In this document: positions 50,959 to 60,188 of the stretch, one piece after another
Numbering within the stretch: the first letter of the stretch is position 1
Layout: each line of letters opens with the position of its first letter
Assembly (NCBI GenBank): GCA_050633305.1
Contig: JBOEGF010000002.1
Span: 64,001-128,000, forward strand
Reading direction: 5' to 3'
From: Nannocystales bacterium
GTDB taxonomy: Bacteria > Myxococcota_A > Polyangia > Nannocystales > Nannocystaceae
DNA: 64,000 bases
The notes under the pieces: generated by a model
Told to the model about the DNA's origin: nothing
Databases searched by the model: none
The model's input: only the letters and a program-made list of their open reading frames with translations
Program-made: the position numbers and the translations under genes

Positions 50959-51124
50959 GATGTCGACTGGGGTTGGCGCGGCCGGGGGGTCGCCGCCGCA
51001 GGAGCCGTGTGTCCTCGTCCGTCGCGTCGCGACACCGAGGCCAGTTCCGCCCGTCGACCAGATTTGCCTGAGGGATTCCCCTCCGGTGGGACGACCGAAC
51101 AAAGCAACACAAGGGGAGGGACCA

Positions 51125-53482
51125 GTGCATCGAACCAAGATCAGAAGCGTACTACCGAGGGCAATTGCCGTCTGGTTGGCTGCTGGAGCGTTAGTCGCCT
51201 GTGGCGACAGCGGAACAGCTGGAGCGGGTGGAGAAGACGGCGAGGAGGACAGCTCCGACGGTGAAACCGAAGGCGGAGGAGACTCCGACACCGACGGCCC
51301 CGAGAGCCAATGCATGTCGAATGAGCGGTTCTTCGAAGGCGAAGTCCAGACCATTCTTCAAGCCAACTGCCAGTCCTGCCACAACGTGGCCGGCGAAGCG
51401 CAGAGCACCGAGTTCCTGCTCGAGACCTCCGCTGTCCCCGACTACCTCGAGCGGAACCTCGCGGTCTTCGAGAAGATGTCGAAGCTGCAGTTCGAGGGCG
51501 AGCCTTGGATCCTGCTCAAGCCCACCGGTGTGATGGAGCACGGCGGCGCCACCCGCTTCCTGCCCGACTCTCCCGAGAGCGAAGCGTTCCGGGACATGAT
51601 CGCTCGTCTCCAGGACCCCGTCGAGTGTCTGGACCAAGAGGACATCGTCGGAGAGTTCTTCGCGGATGTGGACATGCTCGACGAGGTCGCGACCTTGCGA
51701 AAGTCCACGCTGCTCCTCGCCGGACGGGTGCCCACCCCCGAAGAGGTCGAGCGCGTTCGAGACGGCGGTATGGAAGCCCTCGACTCGGTGCTCGGAGACG
51801 TGATGAGCGAAGAGGCGTTCTACGAGCGCGTTCGCGACATCTACAACGACCGGTTCCTCACCCGTCGCTACCACTCCTCCAACCCCGACTCGGCCATCGA
51901 CCTGCTCTCGCGCGCCGACTACCCGCGCGCCGACACCTGGGACAACTCAGACGTCGAGAACGCCGAGCGGTGGGCCAACGATGCAATCGCTGAGGAGCCA
52001 CTGCGCCTCATCGAGCACATCCTTCGCAACGACCTCCCCTACACCGAGGTGCTGACCGCCGACTACACGATGGTCAACCCCTTCTCGGCCAAGGTCTACG
52101 GCGTCGAGCCCGAGTTCGAAGACCCCAACGACCCCAACGAGTTCGTCGAGGTCGCGCTTCCTGGTGTGCCGCATGCCGGTATCGCCACGATGACCACGTA
52201 CCTCAGCCGTTGGACGACCACCCGCACCAACCGCAACCGCGCTCGCTCGCGTCGCTTCCAGAAGTTCTTCTTGGCGACCGACGTGCTCGCGCTGGGCACC
52301 CGACCCACGGACGCATCGGGTTCCTCCTACGACAACCCGACACTCAACGACCAAAACTGCGTGTCGTGTCACAGCGCTGTTGACCCCATCGCGGCGGCCT
52401 TCGCCAACTGGGACAACATGGGCCGCTATCGCCCACAGGGACACCCCCTGCGCGGCGACAACCAGGACAACCCGGACCTCCTCGATGTCCCGGAGAACGG
52501 CTGGTACTCGGACATGCGTCCCGCCGGCTACAAGCAACAGGCACTGCCCGGCGAATGGGAAGCCGCGGCGCTCCAGTGGCTTGGCTACGAAGCAGCCACC
52601 GACGATCTGTTTGCGCTCGGCCCGGTCCACGTCGTGTACCAAGGCCTGTTCGGACGGGACCCGCTCATCGAGCCCACCGACCCGAACGCCCCCGGATTCC
52701 TCGAAGGCGTCCGCGCTGCCAAAGCTCAGCGCAAAGTCTTCCAGGAGATCGCCGACAAGTTCAGCGACAGCGACTACGACCTCCGCGTCGTGTTCCTCGA
52801 GCTGGTCAAGTCGCCGTACTTCCGGGCTCACAACTTCAGCGGCGAACTCTCCGCTGAACGTGAGGTCGAGTTGGCCGACATCGGCGTCGCTCGCTGGCTG
52901 ACCCCCGAGGAGCTCAACGGCAAGATCGTCTCCGCGACGGACGTGCCCTGGGGCAGCCCCGAGAACCCAAGCCTGCTCAACCGGAACGAGTTCTTGATCC
53001 TCTACGGCGGAATCAACTCCGACGACGTGGTCGAGCGTGCCTACGACGCCAGCGGAACCTCCGCAAACGTCGCCAAGCGGATGGCCAACGAGGTCGCATG
53101 CTCGGCAGTCGCTCGCGACTTCGCCAAGCCCGACAACGAGCGCCTTCTGTTCCCGCTCACCACCGTGGCTGGCGGACCGAACAACGATGTCCGAGAGAAC
53201 ATCGTCCACCTCCACTGGCACCTCTTGGGTGAGAACCTCGACCTCGACGACCCCGAGATCGACCGCACCTACAACCTCTTCGTCGACGTCTACGAAGAAG
53301 GACAGCGAGGACTCAACGCCGAAGAATACGGCATCGGCCTCGGCAACTGCGGTGCAACGACCGACCCCTGGACCGGGGAAGAACTCGACGTGCCTCTCGT
53401 AGAGGACGAAGACTTCACGATCCGAGCCTGGATCGCGGTCACGTCATACATGCTCACCGACTGGAATTTCTTGCACGAATAG
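51125..53482 (+). CDS. Diheme DUF1588/DUF1592-like lipoprotein
   Basis: GGAGGG RBS and GTG; LVAC lipobox; CQSCH, HGG, LAGRVPT.EE, LTADYTMVN, HAGIAT, CVSCH..VDP. Confidence 0.88.
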   Translation: MHRTKIRSVLPRAIAVWLAAGALVACGDSGTAGAGGEDGEEDSSDGETEGGGDSDTDGPESQCMSNERFFEGEVQTILQANCQSCHNVAGEAQSTEFLLETSAVPDYLERNLAVFEKMSKLQFEGEPWILLKPTGVMEHGGATRFLPDSPESEAFRDMIARLQDPVECLDQEDIVGEFFADVDMLDEVATLRKSTLLLAGRVPTPEEVERVRDGGMEALDSVLGDVMSEEAFYERVRDIYNDRFLTRRYHSSNPDSAIDLLSRADYPRADTWDNSDVENAERWANDAIAEEPLRLIEHILRNDLPYTEVLTADYTMVNPFSAKVYGVEPEFEDPNDPNEFVEVALPGVPHAGIATMTTYLSRWTTTRTNRNRARSRRFQKFFLATDVLALGTRPTDASGSSYDNPTLNDQNCVSCHSAVDPIAAAFANWDNMGRYRPQGHPLRGDNQDNPDLLDVPENGWYSDMRPAGYKQQALPGEWEAAALQWLGYEAATDDLFALGPVHVVYQGLFGRDPLIEPTDPNAPGFLEGVRAAKAQRKVFQEIADKFSDSDYDLRVVFLELVKSPYFRAHNFSGELSAEREVELADIGVARWLTPEELNGKIVSATDVPWGSPENPSLLNRNEFLILYGGINSDDVVERAYDASGTSANVAKRMANEVACSAVARDFAKPDNERLLFPLTTVAGGPNNDVRENIVHLHWHLLGENLDLDDPEIDRTYNLFVDVYEEGQRGLNAEEYGIGLGNCGATTDPWTGEELDVPLVEDEDFTIRAWIAVTSYMLTDWNFLHE

Positions 53483-53495
53483 GGGGGATCAAATC

Positions 53496-54794
53496 ATGGA
53501 TCGTCGTTCTTTCATCAAACTCGCGTCTCTGACTGGCCTCTCCGTCGTTGCTCCCACCGCATTTGCGGGGGACATCGGCTCCAGCCAGCGACCCTCTCTC
53601 GAACCCTACACCGGCCCGCTGCTGCTCAGCTTTCAGGCCTCCGGAGGCTGGGAGACCCGCTTCCACTGCAACCCGAAGATCATGCTGTCGCCGAACGAGG
53701 GCAACCCTCGTTCGCACGTCACCGGCACTGAGAAGATCGGCGAGATCGAGTTCGCCGCAGAATGGCCCGACGAGTACTTCGGCGGGCGTGGAACCGAGAT
53801 CACCGAGTTCTACCGCAAGCATGCCCAGCGCATGACGGTCATCAACGGCATCGACCAGATGACCAACGGGCACGACGAAGGTCGGACCCACACCGCCACG
53901 GGTACGCTCAACATGGGGCACCCCACACTGGGCGCACTCATGGCGGGCACCTACGACCCGTCGTTGCCGATGGCCTATCTGGCCTTCGGTGGCGTGACCG
54001 AGACCGCCGGCGTCGTCGCTCGAACGCGAGCCAACAACATCGACGTCCTCGCCCGGGTTGCGTACCCGGAGCTGGCCGACCCGAACAACCCCGACTCGAC
54101 GTACCAGCCACAACCTGTGCTGGACATGATCAGCGCGGCCCAGCAGGAGCGCGACGTCGCCGTCCTCGAGCAGCAGGGCTTGCCCCGCTTCCGAACCTCG
54201 GTCAACCGACTGCACTCCGCACGTTCGGGCTCTGACGAGCTGCGCAAGCTGCAGGACTACCTCCCCGAGAACGTCGAGGGCGGCATCCTCGGCCAGATTC
54301 AGGTCGCCTTGGCCGCCTATCAGGCAGGCCTGTGTGTCTCGGCCGAGCTGAGCATGGGTGGCTTCGACACTCACGGCAACTCCGACACCGCTGCCGTCAC
54401 CCGTCTGACTCAGCTCTACGCGGCACTCGACTTCGCGTACGAGACCGCAACCGAGTTGGGCATCATGGACAAGGTCATCATGACGGCCGGGTCCGACTTC
54501 TCCCGTACGCTCGGGTACAACGGCGGCATGGGTGCTGACCACTGGCCCGTGGGAAGTGTCATCGCCATGGGCGCGGGTGTCCCGGAGAACCGGTCGGTCG
54601 GTGCTTCCGACGACAACGACCGCGCACTCGGGATCAACCCGGACCTGACGGTCAACACCACCAACACGATCCGCAAAGTGACTCCCGCCGACGTGCACCA
54701 CACACTCCGCAAGGCTGTGGGTGTCGGCAGCGGCGAGATCGCGAGCATGTTCCCTCTGTCCGCCAGCGACGAACCGCTGGACTTGTTCGCATAG
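53496..54794 (+). CDS. DUF1501 domain protein, Tat-exported
   Basis: MDRRSFIK, ASGGWE, GGFDTH, SDFSRT, G.DHW. Confidence 0.92.
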   Translation: MDRRSFIKLASLTGLSVVAPTAFAGDIGSSQRPSLEPYTGPLLLSFQASGGWETRFHCNPKIMLSPNEGNPRSHVTGTEKIGEIEFAAEWPDEYFGGRGTEITEFYRKHAQRMTVINGIDQMTNGHDEGRTHTATGTLNMGHPTLGALMAGTYDPSLPMAYLAFGGVTETAGVVARTRANNIDVLARVAYPELADPNNPDSTYQPQPVLDMISAAQQERDVAVLEQQGLPRFRTSVNRLHSARSGSDELRKLQDYLPENVEGGILGQIQVALAAYQAGLCVSAELSMGGFDTHGNSDTAAVTRLTQLYAALDFAYETATELGIMDKVIMTAGSDFSRTLGYNGGMGADHWPVGSVIAMGAGVPENRSVGASDDNDRALGINPDLTVNTTNTIRKVTPADVHHTLRKAVGVGSGEIASMFPLSASDEPLDLFA

Positions 54795-54813
54795 GTCGAG
54801 ACGCGCGACCATC

Positions 54814-54842
54814 GGGGCCCGGGACGCCGGGCCCCTCTTTTT
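54814..54842 (+). terminator. Rho-independent terminator
   Basis: GGGGCCCGG-GACG-CCGGGCCCC-TCTTTTT. Confidence 0.85.
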
Positions 54843-54862
54843 CAATTCAAGAGGACACAGGG

Positions 54863-56335
54863 ATGAAGTTGAACACCAATGCGAAGTTGATTCTGGGCGG
54901 CGTCCTGCTGGCGGCCGGCGGCTGCTACTCCGGCGCTCCTGGTGGCGCAGACACCGATGAGGCGTCCTCCGACACCGACGGTGAAGTGGGTGGCGAAGGC
55001 GGAGAAGGCGGGGACACCGAGGGTGGAGAGGGCGGCTCCGGCGAGTCCGGAGGCGACGACGACACCAACGGCAGCGGGCCAGGAGATCCTCCGGATCCCC
55101 CCGACGGTTGCCTCGCTGGTTCGGTGGGTTGCGAGTGCCTCAACAACGAGTGCGCTGGTCTCAGCACGTGCATCGATGACGTCTGCACCCCTGCGCCTCC
55201 CGTTCCCGACGTCGAGGGCCCCAACGCAGCGATCGCGGGCGTGGCGGTGACACTCGACGGCGACATCAACGTTCCCAACGAACTCGACGGAATCAACGTC
55301 TTCGAGTCGTTGCTGTGGGCACAGATTTCTGGTCCCGAAGCGATTCTCGAGTACGAGTTCAGCAACGAAGCCATCGCATGGCTTCCCCCCAACGCGTCCG
55401 ACGACGAAGAGCTCACGTTCCGATTGACCGCCAGCCTCGGCGGCGTGGACGAATCGGGCGAGTACACGCTTCGAGTCCTGCCAGCCACCGCAGTGGAGAT
55501 CTACGACAAGATCCCCGAGGTCGCGGAATTCGGCGCAACCTTGATCGGCCGAGGTCTGGGGGACAGCTGGTTCTCGACCGCACTGGGCGTCGTCTCGCGG
55601 CTCGAGGATGAGGGCCTCATGTTCCAAGAGGACATGGGAAGCCGTGTCACGAAGATCTCCGGATACGGAGACAACCGCGTGTTGTTCCTGCAACCGGATC
55701 TGGGGCGCGTGATGTTGTTCAACGGCAACAACAACACGTACTCGGAGTTCCTCACCGAACTCACCTCAGGCGATCCGCTGGGCCCGGTCAGCTCGATGGC
55801 GACCGACCCCGACGGCAACATCTACTTTGGCTGTGATGACGGCCGAGTGGTGCTCTACGACGACCCGGACGAAGCCGAGCCAGCCGTCACGCTGGACCGC
55901 TTTGTCCTCGAGCAGGTGCCCACCGCCATGGCGATCGGCCAGCACCCCGTCTCCCCCGATGTGGAAGACAACGACGAGGGCATCGTCCTGTACTACGGCA
56001 CCGCGTCGGGCGACGTTTGGCAGATTGGCCTGACGGCGGCCGAGGTCCTCGATGGTCCCGAGGTCGACGTTCCTGCGCAGTACGTCAGCCTGCCGGGCAC
56101 CGGAGCAGTGACCGGGATTCGTGTCGATGCCTACCGCAACATGTGGGTCGGCAAGGGCGACACGCTCTACCTGATCCGTCGCCCGTTCGAGGGCAACCCG
56201 TCCGTCATCCGCGAGATCTCGACGCCCGCGGGCCTCGGAGGTCTGGCGGGACTGCACTCGCCTGACAGCGACCTCTTGCGGTGGATCGACCCGACCAGCG
56301 GCCGGGTCACGAGTCTGCAAACCTACGAGGAGTAG
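54863..56335 (+). CDS. Lipoprotein with Cys-rich module, PKD-like domain and beta-propeller
   Basis: AGGC lipobox, CLAGSVGCEC, VTLDG...WAQISGP...LTFRLT, DPDGNIY and DAYRNMW blades. Confidence 0.88.
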   Translation: MKLNTNAKLILGGVLLAAGGCYSGAPGGADTDEASSDTDGEVGGEGGEGGDTEGGEGGSGESGGDDDTNGSGPGDPPDPPDGCLAGSVGCECLNNECAGLSTCIDDVCTPAPPVPDVEGPNAAIAGVAVTLDGDINVPNELDGINVFESLLWAQISGPEAILEYEFSNEAIAWLPPNASDDEELTFRLTASLGGVDESGEYTLRVLPATAVEIYDKIPEVAEFGATLIGRGLGDSWFSTALGVVSRLEDEGLMFQEDMGSRVTKISGYGDNRVLFLQPDLGRVMLFNGNNNTYSEFLTELTSGDPLGPVSSMATDPDGNIYFGCDDGRVVLYDDPDEAEPAVTLDRFVLEQVPTAMAIGQHPVSPDVEDNDEGIVLYYGTASGDVWQIGLTAAEVLDGPEVDVPAQYVSLPGTGAVTGIRVDAYRNMWVGKGDTLYLIRRPFEGNPSVIREISTPAGLGGLAGLHSPDSDLLRWIDPTSGRVTSLQTYEE

Positions 56336-57993
56336 TCTCGAAGCGCACCAGGCACCAGCTCGTGGCTGGTGCACACCTCGGCCATCAGGTCGAGCATCAG
56401 ACCGGCCTCCTCCTCGCTGAGGACGCCGGTCTTGATGTAGTTGTCCGGGAACCAGGTGGATGCGTAGAAGTAGTGCCTTCGGTTCGCCATCCGGCTGAAG
56501 CCCAGGTACTGCGCCTCGTAGGCATAACGCGCGAGCTTGCCTAGGAAGCTGAACGGCTCCTGCGCGAGGGTACGAACGTTGACGCGAACGTAGGCCTCCA
56601 TCTCGACGGCGGGTAGCACCGCCTGGGCGAAGACGTTGGACTCGTAGTCGCCGATTCGCTGCATCTGCATGGCGACCATCGCCGCACCGATCGACTGCGC
56701 ACGCGGTCGCTGAACGAACTGCTCTTCGGCCTGCACGCGCAGGCGCTCTGGGGCGCGCGCGATGATCGTGTCGAACAGCGCCGCAATCTCCTCGAGTGCA
56801 GCATCGTGGCGCGGCTGTTTTTCGGGAGAGACCCGTACGAGATCTGCTTCCGCGGCGAGATGTCCCCACTCGTGGCCAATCCGGGCGCCAAGCAGCCAAC
56901 GGTGGAAGGGAGGACTTCCCTCTCGCTCGGTGTCGACGCCCGGCTGACGCAGGCTGTAGACCATCATCCGGCGCTGTTCGTGCAGATACGCGCCGTCCTT
57001 CTGCTCGACCTCCTCGGCGTGAAACGGAAGCGCCTCCGGGTCGACGATGCGTTCGAGGATCTGCTGAGTTCGCAGCGCCACCAGCTCGAGATCCCGGCAC
57101 ACGCCGATCGCCGCGCGGTCGCACATCCCCTCGAACGCGCCGTCCAGCGCTCCGAGTTCCTCGGGCGCCTCAGGGTCCCAAATGATGCTTCCCTCTCGGT
57201 CGGCCAGCAGCAGTCGAGGCTGGTGTTCAACCAGGTGCTGACCGACACGCGCGGCCGGCCCCTGCTCACCAACCGACGCACCTTGGGCGGTGTAGTAGCG
57301 CTCCAGCGCCCCCTTCCCCACCTGTTCAAACACCTCGACGAGTTCGCCGATCTTCAGCGTCTGCTCGTCGCTGACCAACAGGCCAGTTCCCGGGATGCTC
57401 GTGAGCCCGTCGGAATGCAGCAGCGCGGGCTTGAGGGTCTCGTGTAACAGTCCGCCGACCCAGCTCATCGCCTCTCCGAGCGCGGCGAAAGCCTCGGAGT
57501 CGGGCCGGGTCGACCGCACTGCAGCATCCGCGAACCGTTCACGCTCGAGCTCCGAACGCTGGATGAAGTAGCCTAGGTTTCCCAGCAGCGTCCTCGCAAC
57601 GTTCCGCGTGATCCCCAAACGTTCCGCGTGGACCAGCTGGTAGGTCGCCATCTCGAGGTTCGAGACCTTGGGGTCAAAGTCGCTCTCCTGCAGCAGCAAC
57701 GACGCCCCTACGAACGGCTGATAGTACAAGCGCGCTCGCTCCGGATCGGTGACCACGCACAAGTTCAGCAGCCGGGGTGGGAACCACTGTGCCCGCCCCG
57801 CGACGAACAACGAGCCGACCCGGTCGAAGTAGGCCGAGACCGCTTCGCCAAGCAATTCGAAGAACCCCTCCGGGATTTCGCGCTCCCCTTGCGCGACACG
57901 AACGAACTCGGGATCGACCCCGGACAGACTGAGATGCTCGACGGGCACGACGAACATCCCGGGGTGGTCAAAGTAGAAGGATCGGAGCTCCAT
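56323..57993 (-). CDS. Hypothetical cytoplasmic protein with HExxH motif
   Basis: 556 aa; RIGHEWGHL; no signal peptide. Confidence 0.85.
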   Translation of the reverse strand: MELRSFYFDHPGMFVVPVEHLSLSGVDPEFVRVAQGEREIPEGFFELLGEAVSAYFDRVGSLFVAGRAQWFPPRLLNLCVVTDPERARLYYQPFVGASLLLQESDFDPKVSNLEMATYQLVHAERLGITRNVARTLLGNLGYFIQRSELERERFADAAVRSTRPDSEAFAALGEAMSWVGGLLHETLKPALLHSDGLTSIPGTGLLVSDEQTLKIGELVEVFEQVGKGALERYYTAQGASVGEQGPAARVGQHLVEHQPRLLLADREGSIIWDPEAPEELGALDGAFEGMCDRAAIGVCRDLELVALRTQQILERIVDPEALPFHAEEVEQKDGAYLHEQRRMMVYSLRQPGVDTEREGSPPFHRWLLGARIGHEWGHLAAEADLVRVSPEKQPRHDAALEEIAALFDTIIARAPERLRVQAEEQFVQRPRAQSIGAAMVAMQMQRIGDYESNVFAQAVLPAVEMEAYVRVNVRTLAQEPFSFLGKLARYAYEAQYLGFSRMANRRHYFYASTWFPDNYIKTGVLSEEEAGLMLDLMAEVCTSHELVPGALRDYSS

Positions 57994-58087
57994 CCTGGCG
58001 CGAGCATACCCTCCAGGGCACCCCGGTTTTCGACCTTGTGACGCCAGACTTGTTCGCCGCCCCCCAACCGGGGCCGCAAGACCCCGC

Positions 58088-59569
58088 CTACTGCAGCAGC
58101 CCCGACATGTCCCGCCGCCCGTCGAACTCCACGTCCATCGCCTGCGCGATCAAGCTGTAGACCTCGGGTTCCCGCGCCACGGAGTCCAACTTCTCCTCCC
58201 CGGTCTTTGGGTCGAAGCCATGGGTCAACAACGACGACGGATCCACCCCCCCGAACACTCGGTTTCCCTTCATCAGCGGAGAGAGCAGGAGCGAGCCGTT
58301 GTTCAGGTTGTGACCGGTCCCGTAGTACTCCTCGCCTGTCGGGCGCACCTTGTCCCGACCAAAGTCGGTCGCAACGTAGATGACGCTTCGATCCCACATC
58401 GAGCCCAAGCTTGGGTCGCCCAAGTAGTCGAATGACTGCAACAGCCGGACGAGTCCGTCCACGGTCCGGAGCACGCGTCCCCACATCACGTTCTGCGTCG
58501 AGCGGTGGTCGGTATGCGAGAAGTCGAACGCCAGCGGGGCACCCACGATGTCGTCGCCATCGAACGAGGGGTTGAAGCTGAGAGACATCGTACTGGCGCA
58601 GGACAGCCCGTAGTAAGCCAGCAAGAACGACAACGCCCCCTGTTGCTGCCAGGTGTCGGAGTCCAACTGCGGGTACACATTGCGAACCGCGTCGCTCAAC
58701 GGGGACGCCTCGATCCCCAACGAGGGGTCGAGTTCGCTGGGGTTGAGCAGCATGAGGTTGCGAATCGCATCGGACTGCTCCAGCCGCAACGACACATCCT
58801 CGCGGTTGGAGAGGTAGTTCGCTCGGGCCGCGTTGTTTCGATACGTCTGCCCAAAGGGTGATGCATCGTCGAGACCCAAGCGAACCCCACGGGCTCGGGC
58901 GAGTGCTTCGGTGCTCAAGCCGCCCGCGACCCCACGACTTCCGTGGGTGCTCAACGCGTAGAGGCTGGGGGCGGCGATGACTTCCCCCCGGGCGTAGGCC
59001 GGCAGGGAGAGGTCTTCCCCCGGTTCGACGAATCCTCCTTGGGCCATGTTGCAGTTCGCCAGAGGCAGGTCGGCGCCGTGACGCTCGGCGACAGCCTCGG
59101 AGATGGTGCGGCCGCGGTTGACCCCAGCCCCAGTCACCGAACGCTTTTGCGCGACGAGGTGGTTCACGGAGGTGACCTCGTGGGCGACCACCGTCATGTG
59201 CTCGTAGTGCGACTCGAGGAAGGACTGCATGCCGTACCCCGGGGTGAGGAAGTTGGTTTCCTCGAGGGGGCGCACGCACCGAATCCGGCTCCCATCGGGG
59301 CGGAACAACTGACCCGGCGCGTAAACATTGAGGCTCTCGGGATCGGCGCTGGCAGGCACCTCGTCGCGGCTGACCGGCAGGAAGCTGTCGACCAGGCTTG
59401 CCCCACCAGAGGCCCCCACCACGAACAGCAGGCGGCGGTCTTGGGGAGAGGACGACACCGGCTCTTCGGCGGCGACGCCGGAACGAGCCCAGAGACCCGC
59501 GCTGGCTGCCGTGGCTGCAGCTCCGGCAAGAAACCCACGACGAGAGAATCGAGATTGAGAGGCGGACAT
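58088..59569 (-). CDS. DUF1501 domain protein, Tat-exported
   Basis: FSRRGFL, ASGGASLVDSF, SVNH, FDFSH, TDFGR, GTGH, GNRVFGG. Confidence 0.88.
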   Translation of the reverse strand: MSASQSRFSRRGFLAGAAATAASAGLWARSGVAAEEPVSSSPQDRRLLFVVGASGGASLVDSFLPVSRDEVPASADPESLNVYAPGQLFRPDGSRIRCVRPLEETNFLTPGYGMQSFLESHYEHMTVVAHEVTSVNHLVAQKRSVTGAGVNRGRTISEAVAERHGADLPLANCNMAQGGFVEPGEDLSLPAYARGEVIAAPSLYALSTHGSRGVAGGLSTEALARARGVRLGLDDASPFGQTYRNNAARANYLSNREDVSLRLEQSDAIRNLMLLNPSELDPSLGIEASPLSDAVRNVYPQLDSDTWQQQGALSFLLAYYGLSCASTMSLSFNPSFDGDDIVGAPLAFDFSHTDHRSTQNVMWGRVLRTVDGLVRLLQSFDYLGDPSLGSMWDRSVIYVATDFGRDKVRPTGEEYYGTGHNLNNGSLLLSPLMKGNRVFGGVDPSSLLTHGFDPKTGEEKLDSVAREPEVYSLIAQAMDVEFDGRRDMSGLLQ

Positions 59570-59577
59570 GATGGCTC

Positions 59578-60186
59578 CTACAGAAAGATGAACTCGGTGG
59601 TGGTGCCGATGGCGAAACACGCCTGCACGGCGAAGGTGGCTGCTGACACGGTCTTGCCGTCGGCGTCGACGCGAAGCTCGGCCAACAGATCTTGCTCCGC
59701 TGGCAGTGGGTCGCGAGTCAGCAGTCTTCGGTAGAGCGTTTCGACCGTCTTGACGTACGCCTCGCTGTCTCGAGCGGGAGCTTCCCCATCGAGGTCCAGC
59801 GCAGCAAACACCTGGGGGTCCGCCGCATCCCGGCGTACTCGCTCGGCGCATGCAGCCTGCACCACCCGGTCGAGGGCCAACGGGGAGGTCACCAAAGGCG
59901 TCGCAAGCGGCTCGTACAACCCCTGCTCGAACGGGTCATGTCCGCCCAGGCTCGCGCGATGAACCTCCGAGATACACGGGCGAGACCCAAGCTCGAGACA
60001 CAACTCCTCCGGGGCGAGCTCGAGGGCCCGCGTAAGGTCTTGCTCGATCGCGTGGTCTCGCTTCCACAACAGAGTCGTTCGTGGGGATGCGGTGACCGCC
60101 GGCTCGACGGGGTCGTCGTCTTCGCGACACGCCGGGAGAAGAACAGCAGCCATGACAGCCGCGATGGATAGACGGAAGCGAGGCAT
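59578..60186 (-). CDS. Lipoprotein with DUF1595-like helical motif
   Basis: LLPAC lipobox; LCLELG..PC...H; VETLYRRLLTRDP..AE; terminal TEFIFL. Confidence 0.82.
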   Translation of the reverse strand: MPRFRLSIAAVMAAVLLPACREDDDPVEPAVTASPRTTLLWKRDHAIEQDLTRALELAPEELCLELGSRPCISEVHRASLGGHDPFEQGLYEPLATPLVTSPLALDRVVQAACAERVRRDAADPQVFAALDLDGEAPARDSEAYVKTVETLYRRLLTRDPLPAEQDLLAELRVDADGKTVSAATFAVQACFAIGTTTEFIFL

Positions 60187-60188
60187 GA

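Noticed and set aside
50636..51124. 163-aa N-terminal extension of the diheme protein in the ORF track
   Set aside because: Low-complexity Arg/Pro translation; the RBS and signal peptide point to GTG 51125
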